Source: a virus (lineage: Duplodnaviria; Caudoviricetes). From it: 44,649 nucleotides of DNA. The position numbers and the translations under genes are program-made. The DNA is taken from the IMG/VR virus record IMGVR_UViG_3300017754_003785, positions 1 through 44,649 of that record. One strand, written 5' to 3'. Below, in pieces: positions 1-9,109 of the stretch (the first letter of the stretch is position 1; every line of letters starts with the position of its first letter). The notes under the pieces are model-generated. The model made no database searches. It was not told the DNA's origin and saw nothing but the letters and a program-made list of their open reading frames with translations.

Positions 1-13
1 AGGAGCCTCTTCC

Positions 14-646
14 ATGATCCTCTCAAGAGACGCGAAGAAAGGCGGCGTAGCGATCCTCACGCCGACGAAGACCGGAACGCGGTCGGCCGAAAGCTCACTC
101 TCTGCGAGTGGGCTCTTCGTCGTTGAGATGCCGCGTCACTCGCCGGTGGTTCCTCCGGAGTATCGGAAGGGCCGCGTGATCGTTACGATCCGCCACCCGC
201 ACGCTCGTCTCGTCTCGGCCTACTTCTTCGGGCGGAAGTTGGCGAACCAGCCGACGAGTTGGTTCAACGGGAAAGCGGACGGTGGTTTCGTTCGCTTCGT
301 CCGAGCGTGGGTAGCGGCTCGATCCTCGCAGAAGAGGAAGCATCACGACTGGACGGCGACCCAAAGCGAGTACGTCGCTTCCGCCGTCGAGACGAACGGA
401 GGGGCGAAGGTCTCGCTTCATCGGCTCGAAGACGAGGGAACGGCGGGTCTCGTTAAGAAGCTCCGCGAGTGGTATCCGAAGCTCGAAGCGGAAGCGAAGC
501 ACGTCAATAGGTCGATGCCGGAAGGCAATCGTTGGGAGGACTTCTGGACGGAAACCCTACTCGATGAGGTCGGGCCGTATCTCGATGTCGACCTTCAGCT
601 CGGGAACTACATCAAGCCGACTCCGGCGGTGCACGATGGCCGATAG
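14..646 (+). CDS. Sulfotransferase family 2-like protein
   Basis: TPTKTGTRS resembles the 5'-PSB loop and IRHPHARLVSAY the 3'-PB motif; AGGAG SD at 1-5. Confidence 0.7.
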   Translation: MILSRDAKKGGVAILTPTKTGTRSAESSLSASGLFVVEMPRHSPVVPPEYRKGRVIVTIRHPHARLVSAYFFGRKLANQPTSWFNGKADGGFVRFVRAWVAARSSQKRKHHDWTATQSEYVASAVETNGGAKVSLHRLEDEGTAGLVKKLREWYPKLEAEAKHVNRSMPEGNRWEDFWTETLLDEVGPYLDVDLQLGNYIKPTPAVHDGR

Positions 647-890
647 CATCTATGTTATGGACGTGGTCGTCGTCGAGAAACGCGAAGGGAGGAACATCGA
701 AGGGACATACGAATACGACGAGAAGGTCTACGAAAATACGTTCTACTTCGGATCGATCCGGCTCCGCAAGACGTGCGCGGATCGGATACGAGCGATGAAG
801 GGAGTGACGGTTACGTTCCGTCACTTCCCCGAACACGCTCCGCAGACGATCAAGCGTATGGTCGCGAAGCGTAAATACAAGCCGTTCTAA
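636..890 (+). CDS. Hypothetical protein
   Basis: ORF overlapping the previous stop; start moved to ATG 636. Confidence 0.6.
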   Translation: MADSIYVMDVVVVEKREGRNIEGTYEYDEKVYENTFYFGSIRLRKTCADRIRAMKGVTVTFRHFPEHAPQTIKRMVAKRKYKPF

Positions 891-909
891 TTCAACGAGG
901 AGAGGCCCT

Positions 910-1593
910 ATGAATATCGAAACAATGAGAGACGCCTTTCGTCTCTGCAATGTCGCTGCTAGCGGTCGTTCGCTAGGAAAGTCCGAGCGGTCGAAGATCG
1001 CGGACGGCTTCGCTTTCTTCGCCGCGTGGTGTCACGCGGCACAGGTCAAAGCCGGTTGGTGGACCGATCCTCAGACCGGGCTCCGGAAGGAGAGGAACCA
1101 AGGTCAGTTGATCGCCCTCATGCACTCCGAAGTCTCAGAGGCCGTCGAGGCTGACCGGAAGAACCTGATGGACGATAAACTCCCGCTCCGGAAAGGCGTC
1201 GAGGTCGAGATCGGCGATATGCTCATCCGCTTGGGTGACTTCGTCGGTAGCCTCCGGCCCGGCGAAACCGAACTGTTCGGTCGCCACGTCGCGTCCATCT
1301 TCTCCGATGCCGGGGGAGAACTCCCGAGCGGGCCGAACAGCGATCCGTTCGCGGAAATCCATCGACGGCTTTCGAACGCCTACAACTACGTCGTTGTTCC
1401 GTCCGGAACCCTTGGGACTTCGGACTCCATGATTGTTTTCTATCTCGCGAAGGCCGTTCGAACGGCGTTCGATCTTGCGGCCTCGCGCGGACTCGATCTG
1501 ATCGGCGCGGTCGAAGAGAAGGCGGCCTTCAACGCGAAGCGTCCAGATCATCGACTTGAGAACCGGAAACTCGAAGGCGGAAAGGCGTACTGA
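910..1593 (+). CDS. MazG-like nucleotide pyrophosphohydrolase
   Basis: ALMHSEVSEAVEADRK...EVEIGDMLIRLGD acidic motif and KAAFNAKRP...GGKAY C-terminus typical of phage MazG-like proteins; appears to carry an internal insertion. Confidence 0.8.
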   Translation: MNIETMRDAFRLCNVAASGRSLGKSERSKIADGFAFFAAWCHAAQVKAGWWTDPQTGLRKERNQGQLIALMHSEVSEAVEADRKNLMDDKLPLRKGVEVEIGDMLIRLGDFVGSLRPGETELFGRHVASIFSDAGGELPSGPNSDPFAEIHRRLSNAYNYVVVPSGTLGTSDSMIVFYLAKAVRTAFDLAASRGLDLIGAVEEKAAFNAKRPDHRLENRKLEGGKAY

Positions 1594-1595
1594 TC

Positions 1596-2189
1596 ATGTC
1601 CGATGCACCGAAGAAGAACGCGGCCGATTTCCTCGTCGAGATCGCCGACATCTATCGCGAACGTAAGCCGCTCTATGGCGATAATTACAAGCACGTCGGG
1701 AAGATCATGCAAGGTCTCTTCCCGGCCGGGCTCTCGCTCGAAACGGAGGAGGACTGGAACCGTCTTCATCTCGTCTTCCACCTCGTATCGAAGCTGACGC
1801 GCTACTCGCAGAACATCAAACGCGGCGGTCATCAGGACTCGCTCGATGACCTCGCCGTCTACGCGATGCTCTCGCGCGAATGCGACGCCGATTGGGCGGC
1901 CTCGCGGGACTTGATCGATGCCAGCCTTGACGGCGTCGGACCGGTCGCCGAAAAGACCAAGGGTGAGTGGGGAGTTTACGTTGAATTCGGCGACGGTATG
2001 TCGAGCATCTTCGGCGAAGAAGACCTTTCGAACGTGAACGTAGAACGCGCGAAAGAAGGGAGCGCTATGCTCTCGAAGGACGACGTTCAGGCGATCCTTC
2101 GCGGCCGTATCTTCGAAAGCCCGGTCGGCCCGTATCTGATGCTCATCGCGCACTCGAAAACGAAGAACGAAAAGGAGACCGAGAAATGA
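1596..2189 (+). CDS. Nmad1/DUF6378-like protein (nucleotide-modification associated)
   Basis: ERKPLYGDNY...SKLTRY...HQDSLDDLAVYA pattern in the N-terminal ~100 aa. Confidence 0.6.
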   Translation: MSDAPKKNAADFLVEIADIYRERKPLYGDNYKHVGKIMQGLFPAGLSLETEEDWNRLHLVFHLVSKLTRYSQNIKRGGHQDSLDDLAVYAMLSRECDADWAASRDLIDASLDGVGPVAEKTKGEWGVYVEFGDGMSSIFGEEDLSNVNVERAKEGSAMLSKDDVQAILRGRIFESPVGPYLMLIAHSKTKNEKETEK

Positions 2190-2881
2190 GAACCGAAGCC
2201 GAACTCGCGCAGCGTCATAGCCGGGCTGTAGTCCCCGGCCAGACGAGCATCATCGGGAACCCGAGGCTTCTCGACGAGCTGAAGGAGAAGCGGAAGTATC
2301 ACGGCGATATCGCTACGGCCGAACTCCGGAAGGACCCGCCCGACTACGGTATCGTCAATCCGAACCAAGCGCTCGCGACGCTCTATCACGACGCGATCAC
2401 GACGCTGGAGAAGCTCATCGATCAGAACGCGAAGCTGACCGAGACGCTCAAGAACCGGGTCATCGTCGCGCTCGACGAGGCGAAGGAGCCCGTATGGGCT
2501 CCGACCCATCGTCACTATAAAGGGACGCTCTATCGCGTCACCGGCGTTCGCTGGGACGCCGACCACGAAGAGCTTGCCGAGATGATCGAGTATGACGACG
2601 CCGATGGAACGCGCTTCGTCATCTCGAAGCGTCGCTGGGAGTCGACACTCGATAGCGGAAGACAGCGCTACGAATACATCTATGCCGGTGTTCCGGTCGA
2701 CACGTCGACGACGGCGAAGACGGCTCCGACGCTTTCGAGCATCGAGTCGGTCGCGAAGGCGAAGATCAAGAAGACCGGTCTCGACCGAACGGTCGCCTTC
2801 GATCAGGCCGCTGCTGCGGCCGGGTTTGCGAACTACGAAGATGCGAAGGCGAGGCTCGGAGAAGGCGACCATCGTGCCTAA
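2186..2881 (+). CDS. Hypothetical protein with DUF1653-like domain
   Basis: HRHYKGTLYRV...EMIEY motif; ATGA overlap and SD. Confidence 0.55.
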   Translation: MRTEAELAQRHSRAVVPGQTSIIGNPRLLDELKEKRKYHGDIATAELRKDPPDYGIVNPNQALATLYHDAITTLEKLIDQNAKLTETLKNRVIVALDEAKEPVWAPTHRHYKGTLYRVTGVRWDADHEELAEMIEYDDADGTRFVISKRRWESTLDSGRQRYEYIYAGVPVDTSTTAKTAPTLSSIESVAKAKIKKTGLDRTVAFDQAAAAAGFANYEDAKARLGEGDHRA

Positions 2882-3287
2882 CCTTGATCGTCGTCGCCTC
2901 GCGAAGATAATGGCGCGAACGCAATCCGATCAGTCGGGCGAAGTCTTCTCCGCTCTCGTGATTGCGAACCGTCTTCTTCGCGAGGCCAACGAGACGTGGG
3001 AGACCGTTCTAGTCGGTCGCGGCTCCGCTCCGGTTATCCGGGGCGGGGCTTCTTCCGCTCCCGGCTGGATGCGTGGAGCCCCGACGAAAACGATACCGGA
3101 AGCGGTCGCATTCCTTAAGGACGCGAAGATGCCTCCGGAGACACGGAACTGGCTCGACGGTATCGAGACGCGGCTTCGCAAAGCCTCGCCTCTTATGAAC
3201 CCTGCGGCGATCCTCACGCCTCGCGAACAAGGGACGCTGTTCGAGCTTGTCGACGAGGAAGAGAGAAGAAGAGGAGGCCGATCATGA
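2874..3287 (+). CDS. Hypothetical protein (DUF2786-like N-terminus)
   Basis: GTG start after GGAG; LAKIMARTQSDQSGEVFSAL..ANRLL pattern. Confidence 0.5.
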   Translation: MPNLDRRRLAKIMARTQSDQSGEVFSALVIANRLLREANETWETVLVGRGSAPVIRGGASSAPGWMRGAPTKTIPEAVAFLKDAKMPPETRNWLDGIETRLRKASPLMNPAAILTPREQGTLFELVDEEERRRGGRS

Positions 3288-3511
3288 GCCTTAGAGTTAC
3301 GATGCTACTCGACGATGTCGTACACGTGTCGCGGACCTTCAGCGAGTGCCCGGCGGTCGGCGATCACGTCGAGATCGGAGGCGACCCGCGCTTTCCGAGA
3401 ACCTGTGTCGTGGTTCGTCGTATTTGGAAGGCTCCGGTAGACGATATGTTCACGCCCGTTGACGTGATCCTCGAACGGCTCCCGGCACCGAAGAAGAAAG
3501 GAAAGGCGTGA
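3284..3511 (+). CDS. Hypothetical protein
   Basis: ATGA overlap, GGAGG SD. Confidence 0.6.
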   Translation: MSLRVTMLLDDVVHVSRTFSECPAVGDHVEIGGDPRFPRTCVVVRRIWKAPVDDMFTPVDVILERLPAPKKKGKA

Positions 3512-3711
3512 TGTGGCTCCTTCTAGTCGTCGGCTTCGCTATCGGCGGCGGTCCCGACTTCGCCTTCAGTGAGCCGATTGAAGAGGCCGTCGAGTCTCTA
3601 GACGCCTGCGAAAAGCGGGTCAAGGAGATGGCCGACGAGGCCGGAGATATGGCGAAGGCTCGCGTGGAGCTGATCTATTACTGCGTCGGACCATCGCTTA
3701 ACCAATCTTGA
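3508..3711 (+). CDS. Hypothetical protein with hydrophobic N-terminus
   Basis: Overlap-coupled ORF; signal-peptide-like start. Confidence 0.55.
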   Translation: MMWLLLVVGFAIGGGPDFAFSEPIEEAVESLDACEKRVKEMADEAGDMAKARVELIYYCVGPSLNQS

Positions 3712-3726
3712 CCGAAGGAGGTCGTT

Positions 3727-3831
3727 ATGAAAGCTGCCGCTATCGCGGCCATCGCCGTGTTCCTACTCGCTACGGCTTACGTCGCCGTCGTTATCGTTTT
3801 CAATCAACAGGAGGTCCGCCGTGAAAGATAA
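3727..3831 (+). CDS. Small membrane protein (34 aa, below the ORF-track cutoff)
   Basis: AAGGAGG SD; MKAAAIAAIAVFLLATAYVAVVIVFNQQEVRRER; fills the intergenic gap. Confidence 0.55.
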   Translation: MKAAAIAAIAVFLLATAYVAVVIVFNQQEVRRER

Positions 3832-4168
3832 ATCGTTCATCTTCAAAGACCCCGGAGCCGACCTCGCTGGCTTCATCGACGATAAGGCACTCTGGTCGCG
3901 GAGGGTCTTCGGAGACGAAATTACGACGACCGGGATCGTCAATCATATCCGGAAGGAACTCATCGAGATCGAAGAGAAGCCGAACGACATCGTCGAGTAC
4001 ATCGACGTGATCTTCCTCGCTCTCGACGGTGCGAGCCGAGCCGGGTACTCCGGAAAGGAGATCGTAGCGGCGTGGCGAGCGAAGCACGCGAAGAACCTCT
4101 CCCGTCGTTGGGAGAAGACGAAGGACGGCCATAGCGAGCACGTTCGCGACGGCGAAGAAAAGGAGTAA
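3821..4168 (+). CDS. DUF550 dATP/dGTP pyrophosphohydrolase
   Basis: WSRRVFG...HIRKELIEIEEKPNDIVEYIDVIFLALDGASRAG...KHAKNLSRRW matches the DUF550 pattern. Confidence 0.8.
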   Translation: MKDKSFIFKDPGADLAGFIDDKALWSRRVFGDEITTTGIVNHIRKELIEIEEKPNDIVEYIDVIFLALDGASRAGYSGKEIVAAWRAKHAKNLSRRWEKTKDGHSEHVRDGEEKE

Positions 4169-4173
4169 CGAAG

Positions 4174-4698
4174 ATGAATAAGCATAACGGACCGAAGATC
4201 GTTCTCGTCGATATCGACGATACGTTGGTCGACGCGAAGTGGCGCGAGCAGTTTATGCCAACGCGCATAGACGGCGGGGCCGCCAAGCCGGAGGAGTGGG
4301 ACCTCTACAACGCGAAGTCGGTCGATGACCGGCCGCTCGGCGCGATGCTCGATCTTATCGCCGCCCTTGAACTCGTCGCGTTCGAAATCTGGGGCGTGAC
4401 CTCCCGGCCGGAGAAATGGCGCGACCTGACCGAAGCTACCCTCGCGCGGATGGGGTCGATCCCTTTCGACCTCCTTCTCATGCGCCCCAACGACGAGGTC
4501 ACGGTTCCGTCGCCGATCCTCAAGCCGGCACTCGTGATCAAGGAACTCCGGAAGCGTTACGGCGCTTCCTATACGAAGGCGAGCGACTATATCGCGCTTG
4601 CGCTCGAAGATCGCGCCGACGTATGCGAAGCGTATCGCGGCATCGGTATCCTCTGCCTTCAGGTCCATTCGATACCGAAGGAGAACCCGAATGGGTAG
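4174..4698 (+). CDS. HAD-superfamily phosphatase (PNK 3'-phosphatase-like)
   Basis: DIDDTL, TSRPE, LLMRP and EDR motifs. Confidence 0.8.
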   Translation: MNKHNGPKIVLVDIDDTLVDAKWREQFMPTRIDGGAAKPEEWDLYNAKSVDDRPLGAMLDLIAALELVAFEIWGVTSRPEKWRDLTEATLARMGSIPFDLLLMRPNDEVTVPSPILKPALVIKELRKRYGASYTKASDYIALALEDRADVCEAYRGIGILCLQVHSIPKENPNG

Positions 4699-4936
4699 GA
4701 GAGCGATCCACTATCGAGGCGACTCGCTCTGTAAAGCCGGGGCTAGAAGCGGACAGACGACTTCCGAACTGACGGAGGTCTCCTGTATGAACTGCCTTAC
4801 GAGAGAATTGAAGGGGCTGAAGGAATATGAAAGCGACCTCAGGAGCAAGCTCATCGACGCGAGCGGCGAAGCCCGCGCGGTCCAGGTCCTCATCGACAAG
4901 CTCGAAGAAGAGCGGAACCCGCGCGGTCCCGGCTAA
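4691..4936 (+). CDS. Hypothetical protein (H/C metal-binding motif plus coiled coil)
   Basis: AAGGAG SD, ATG 4691; H...C...CMNC. Confidence 0.5.
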   Translation: MGRRAIHYRGDSLCKAGARSGQTTSELTEVSCMNCLTRELKGLKEYESDLRSKLIDASGEARAVQVLIDKLEEERNPRGPG

Positions 4937-5525
4937 GAAGAAGCCGGTGACGAGGAAGGTAGAACGCCTCGCCTTCGTTTACGATACGGAGACCACCGGC
5001 CTGATCGAGAACCGGTCCATGCCGCTCGACCGGCTCCCGGAAGTCATCGAGTTCTACGGCGAGACCATCGATCTGAACTCGGGTCGCAAGCTCGATGAGT
5101 ATCATACGCTGATCAAGCCCGCGAAGCCGCTCTCCCCGATGCCGGTCGACTTCAAGAGTAAGAAGACGATCACCGATATCACCGGGATAACGAACGAAAT
5201 GCTGAAGAACGCCCCGCTGTTCAAGGGCGTGTCCGAGAAAATCTTCTCCCTGATCGAGTCGGCCCCGCTCGTTATCGCGCAGAATGCTTCCTTCGACCGC
5301 GATATGCTCGATATCGAGGCCGAACGTCTTTCGCTTCGGATCGAATGGCCTCCGGTGATCTGCTCCATCGAGCAGACCGTTCACCTTAAGGGCTATCGCC
5401 TCGGCCTCGGTGCGCTCCACGAACTCCTCTTCGGGAAGACGTTCTCGGGAGCGCATAGGGCGAAGGCCGACGTTGAAGCCCTATCCCGTTGTTGTGTAGA
5501 ACTCGCGAAGAGGGGAGAACTCTGA
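4827..5525 (+). CDS. dnaQ: DEDDh 3'-5' exonuclease, DNA polymerase III epsilon-like
   Basis: YDTETTGL (ExoI), AQNASFD (ExoII), HRAKAD (ExoIII); coupled to dnaE by TGATG; start codon uncertain. Confidence 0.8.
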   Translation: MKATSGASSSTRAAKPARSRSSSTSSKKSGTRAVPAKKKPVTRKVERLAFVYDTETTGLIENRSMPLDRLPEVIEFYGETIDLNSGRKLDEYHTLIKPAKPLSPMPVDFKSKKTITDITGITNEMLKNAPLFKGVSEKIFSLIESAPLVIAQNASFDRDMLDIEAERLSLRIEWPPVICSIEQTVHLKGYRLGLGALHELLFGKTFSGAHRAKADVEALSRCCVELAKRGEL

Positions 5526-8422
5526 TGCGTATCCGTACCGGCTTTAGCTTCAAGACGGCCGTTGGTCATCTCGAAGAAGTCGCCGACCGTCTCGTCGAGA
5601 TCGGTTGGAAGGTCGCGCCCATATCGGACCGTATGTCGACGTTCGGCTTCGCTCGCTGGACGAAGCTCGTCGAGAAGAAGGGTCTTCGCCCCGTCTACGG
5701 TGTCGAGCTTCCGGTTGTCCCGGAACTCGGCGCGAAAAAGCCAATCGTCGATTATTGGACGTTCTTCGCGAAGGACGAACTGCGCGAGCTTCACGCCGTG
5801 GTGGAATTGGCGACCGCCCAAGGCGGCCTGACGTATCCGCAAGCGCTCGCGGTTCCGCTTCCGAAGATCACCGGAGAGCGGACGCTGATCGAGCACATCG
5901 GGAAGAAGAAGGCCCCGCTCCTTTACGTTAGCCTCGCTCCTTCGACCCCCATCGGCCTCTATCGTTCGGCGAAGAAGCTCGGGCTCCGCTTTATCGCTAC
6001 CGGCGATAACCTCTACACGCGCCGGGAAGATGTCGAGTTCTACCGGATCGCCATCGGGATGCGCGCTTCAACGCAGACGTATCCCCAACATATTCTCTCG
6101 GATGACGAATGGGCGAAGTCCGTCTGGTTCGCCGACGAAGAAGACCGAAAGAGCGCTCTTCGAAACCGGGACGCCGTTATGAAGGGATCGGTCGCGCGTC
6201 TCCGTCAGGCTACTCTGCTCACGCCGAAGAAGCCGAAGACCCTCCGCACGATGTGCGAAGAAGGCGCGAAGAAGCTCGGCATCGATCTGAACGACAAGGT
6301 CTATCGCGAACGACTCGATAAGGAACTCGCAATGATCGACGAGAAGAAGTTCGAGGACTACTTCTTCATCATCGCCGACCTGATGCAGTTCTCCCGAACG
6401 AAGATGGTCGTCGGCCCGGCGCGCGGTTCCTCCTGCGGATCGCTCGCGTGCTACCTGCTCGGCATCACGTCCGTGGACCCCATTCCATACGGGCTGATTT
6501 TCGAGCGCTTCATCGACCGGACTCGTTCCGATCTTCCCGACATCGATCTCGACTTCTCCGACGCTAACCGTCATATCGCAATCGAGTATATCTCGAAGAA
6601 GTACGGCGCGGATCACGTCGCTCGTCTCGGGTCCGTGTCGATGCATCAGAGTAAGTCGGCCCTCAAGACTATCGGGATGGCGCTTCGTATCCCGAGCTGG
6701 CAGATCAACGAGGTCTCGAACACGGTGATCAAACGGTCGATGGGCGACTCCCGCGCCTCGTCCACGATCATCGATACGCTTAACGATACCGACGTTGGTC
6801 AGCGACTCCTTCGCGACTTCCCTCACGCGGTTGTCGCGGGACGCCTAGAGGATCACCCGTCGAATGCCGGCCAGCACGCGGCGGGCGTCGTTCTTACTCA
6901 GGACGCGGTTGCCGACTTCGTTGCGGTCGATAAGCGTAATGGCGTAGCGATGTGCGATAAGTACGATGCCGAGACGCTCAATCTCCTCAAGATCGATATG
7001 CTCGGCCTTACTCAGCTATCGACGTTCGAACGGGTCCTTGAGCTCATCGGGAAGTCGAAAGAGCGGTCGGCGTTCTTCGAACGTATCCCGCTCGACGATC
7101 CCGATGCGTTCGAGATACTGAACAACCATCAGTTCTCGGGCGTCTTCCAGTTCGTGCCGGACTCCGCACTTGCCGGTCTCGTTCGCCGTCTCCGCAACGA
7201 CGTTGGCGGGAAGCTCGATCATATCGAAGACCTGATCGCCCTCACCGCGCTTGTCCGTCCCGGCCCGCTGGGATCGGGTATGACCGATCAGTGGATCAGA
7301 CGCCGCGCGGGAAAGGAGCGCGTCGAGTACGAGCACCCGATGCTAGAGCCCCACCTGAAGAGTACCCTCGGGCTCGTGGTCTATCAGGAACAGATCATGT
7401 CGATCGGTCGCGAGATCGGAGACCTCACTTGGGACGATGTGACCGCGCTCCGCAAGGCGATGTCGAAGTCTCTCGGAAAGGAATACTTCGACCAGTTCGG
7501 CGACCGTTGGAAGGCCGGAGCGATCAAGCGCGGTATGACCGAACGGCTCGCGAACTCGTTCTGGGATCGTATGTGTCAGTTCGGCATGTGGTCGTTTAAC
7601 CGAAGCCACTCCGTCGCCTACGGCCTTATATCGTACTGGTGCTGCTGGCTCAAGGTTCACTATCCGGTCGAGTTCGCCGCCGCTACGCTCGATGCGGAAG
7701 ACGATCAGATGCGTCAGGTCGCGGCTCTTCGCGAGATGAAGGAGATCGGCGTCAACTATGTCGCGTTCGATCCGGCCGTATCCACCGACCGCTGGGAGAT
7801 CGGCGAAGACTCCGGGAAGCCGGTACTCGTCGGGCCGCTTTCGAATATCCACGGGATCGGTCCGTCAACCGTTCGCGATATTCTCGACGCTCGCGTAGCG
7901 AAGAAGGAGCTTCGCCCATCGATCTTGAAGAAGCTCGCGAACGCTCAGACGAAACTGAACTCGCTCACGCCCATCGCCGATGCGGTCGAGAAGATCGTTC
8001 CCGACCTCCCGGCAGTCGGGATCGTTACGAAGCCGACCCCTATCGATCAGATCGGTGGCGGGGAATACGGCGTCGTTATCGTCGCTCGCGTCTCGAAGGT
8101 TCAACCGCTTAACGAAAACGTCCCGGCACGTCAGGCGCGTAGAAAGGCGAACGGACAGCAGGAGGTTCTTCCGGAACCGGCCGACGCGCTCAACCTCTTC
8201 TTCGAAGACGATACCGGGGAGATATTCTGCAAGATCACCTACAGGAACTTCCAACAGATCGGTCGTAACGTCGCCGCACAGGCGAAGGTCGGGAAGAGTA
8301 TCTTCGCGGTCAAGGGCGACGTTCCGAAGGACTTCCGGATGATCCGCATCACGGCGATCAAGTATCTAGGGGAGATGAGCCAAGCGGAGGAGCGCAATAG
8401 GGCCAAATCCTCGTCAACATAG
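5525..8422 (+). CDS. dnaE: DNA polymerase III alpha subunit (family C)
   Basis: GPARGSS.GSL, FERF, PDIDLDF, GQHAAGVV, KIDMLGL, RPGP, YQEQIM and FNRSHS motifs. Confidence 0.95.
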   Translation: MRIRTGFSFKTAVGHLEEVADRLVEIGWKVAPISDRMSTFGFARWTKLVEKKGLRPVYGVELPVVPELGAKKPIVDYWTFFAKDELRELHAVVELATAQGGLTYPQALAVPLPKITGERTLIEHIGKKKAPLLYVSLAPSTPIGLYRSAKKLGLRFIATGDNLYTRREDVEFYRIAIGMRASTQTYPQHILSDDEWAKSVWFADEEDRKSALRNRDAVMKGSVARLRQATLLTPKKPKTLRTMCEEGAKKLGIDLNDKVYRERLDKELAMIDEKKFEDYFFIIADLMQFSRTKMVVGPARGSSCGSLACYLLGITSVDPIPYGLIFERFIDRTRSDLPDIDLDFSDANRHIAIEYISKKYGADHVARLGSVSMHQSKSALKTIGMALRIPSWQINEVSNTVIKRSMGDSRASSTIIDTLNDTDVGQRLLRDFPHAVVAGRLEDHPSNAGQHAAGVVLTQDAVADFVAVDKRNGVAMCDKYDAETLNLLKIDMLGLTQLSTFERVLELIGKSKERSAFFERIPLDDPDAFEILNNHQFSGVFQFVPDSALAGLVRRLRNDVGGKLDHIEDLIALTALVRPGPLGSGMTDQWIRRRAGKERVEYEHPMLEPHLKSTLGLVVYQEQIMSIGREIGDLTWDDVTALRKAMSKSLGKEYFDQFGDRWKAGAIKRGMTERLANSFWDRMCQFGMWSFNRSHSVAYGLISYWCCWLKVHYPVEFAAATLDAEDDQMRQVAALREMKEIGVNYVAFDPAVSTDRWEIGEDSGKPVLVGPLSNIHGIGPSTVRDILDARVAKKELRPSILKKLANAQTKLNSLTPIADAVEKIVPDLPAVGIVTKPTPIDQIGGGEYGVVIVARVSKVQPLNENVPARQARRKANGQQEVLPEPADALNLFFEDDTGEIFCKITYRNFQQIGRNVAAQAKVGKSIFAVKGDVPKDFRMIRITAIKYLGEMSQAEERNRAKSSST

Positions 8423-8506
8423 GTCTTTCATCCGTGTAGTTCGTAGGTTAGCTAGGTGGGCTCTCCCGATTGTGGGAAAGAGAAAGAAAGTAAGGAAGGA
8501 CAGAAC

Positions 8507-8812
8507 ATGGCAGCGAAGAAGAAGGCCGCGAAGAAGAAGGTTGCGGCGAAGAAGAAGGCTCCGGCAAAGATGAAGTACGGCGCGGACATGCAGATCGTGT
8601 CGGTCGGCGAGAACCCGCGCCGGGAAGGAAGCGCGGCGCACGCGCGGTTCGCGGACATGGCCAAGTATGTCGGCAAGAACCCCGGCTGCACGGTCGCCGA
8701 CGTGATCAAGAACACGAGCGCGAAGCGCGGCCTGATCACGAAGAGCATCGACGCCGGCATCCTGAAGACCAAGAAGGTGAAGCCCGCAGCGCCGGCAGCC
8801 GCCGAAGCCTAG
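8507..8812 (+). CDS. Basic histone-like putative DNA-binding protein
   Basis: AAKKKAAKKKVAAKKKAPAK N-terminus; SD upstream of ATG 8507. Confidence 0.7.
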   Translation: MAAKKKAAKKKVAAKKKAPAKMKYGADMQIVSVGENPRREGSAAHARFADMAKYVGKNPGCTVADVIKNTSAKRGLITKSIDAGILKTKKVKPAAPAAAEA

Positions 8813-8827
8813 CCCGGTCCAGGCCAG

Positions 8828-9109
8828 ATGAAACTGACCAGCTCGGGTGCCGTCCCCTACTCAGCGGCAGAGAAGGCTATCTTCAAGTGCCTCTCGAAGC
8901 GAAAGCGGACGACGGCCGAGCTGGTTAGTCGCCGCTACACCGAAAGAGTCTTGGTGACCGAGCCTCTTTTCGATCCGGCTGGCTCCGTTCGCGGAGCCCT
9001 TCGGACCCTCGCTAAGAAAGTCGAGGCAAATCGCGAGCCCTTCCGAATTATGAAGGAAGGGAGGAGGGGGCCTAACTCAATCTCCTATTGGTTGGAGGAA
9101 CGAACGTGA
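8828..9109 (+). CDS. Putative winged-helix DNA-binding protein (paralog of 25826-26131)
   Basis: Colinear similarity to 25826-26131; fold is inferred. Confidence 0.55.
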   Translation: MKLTSSGAVPYSAAEKAIFKCLSKRKRTTAELVSRRYTERVLVTEPLFDPAGSVRGALRTLAKKVEANREPFRIMKEGRRGPNSISYWLEERT

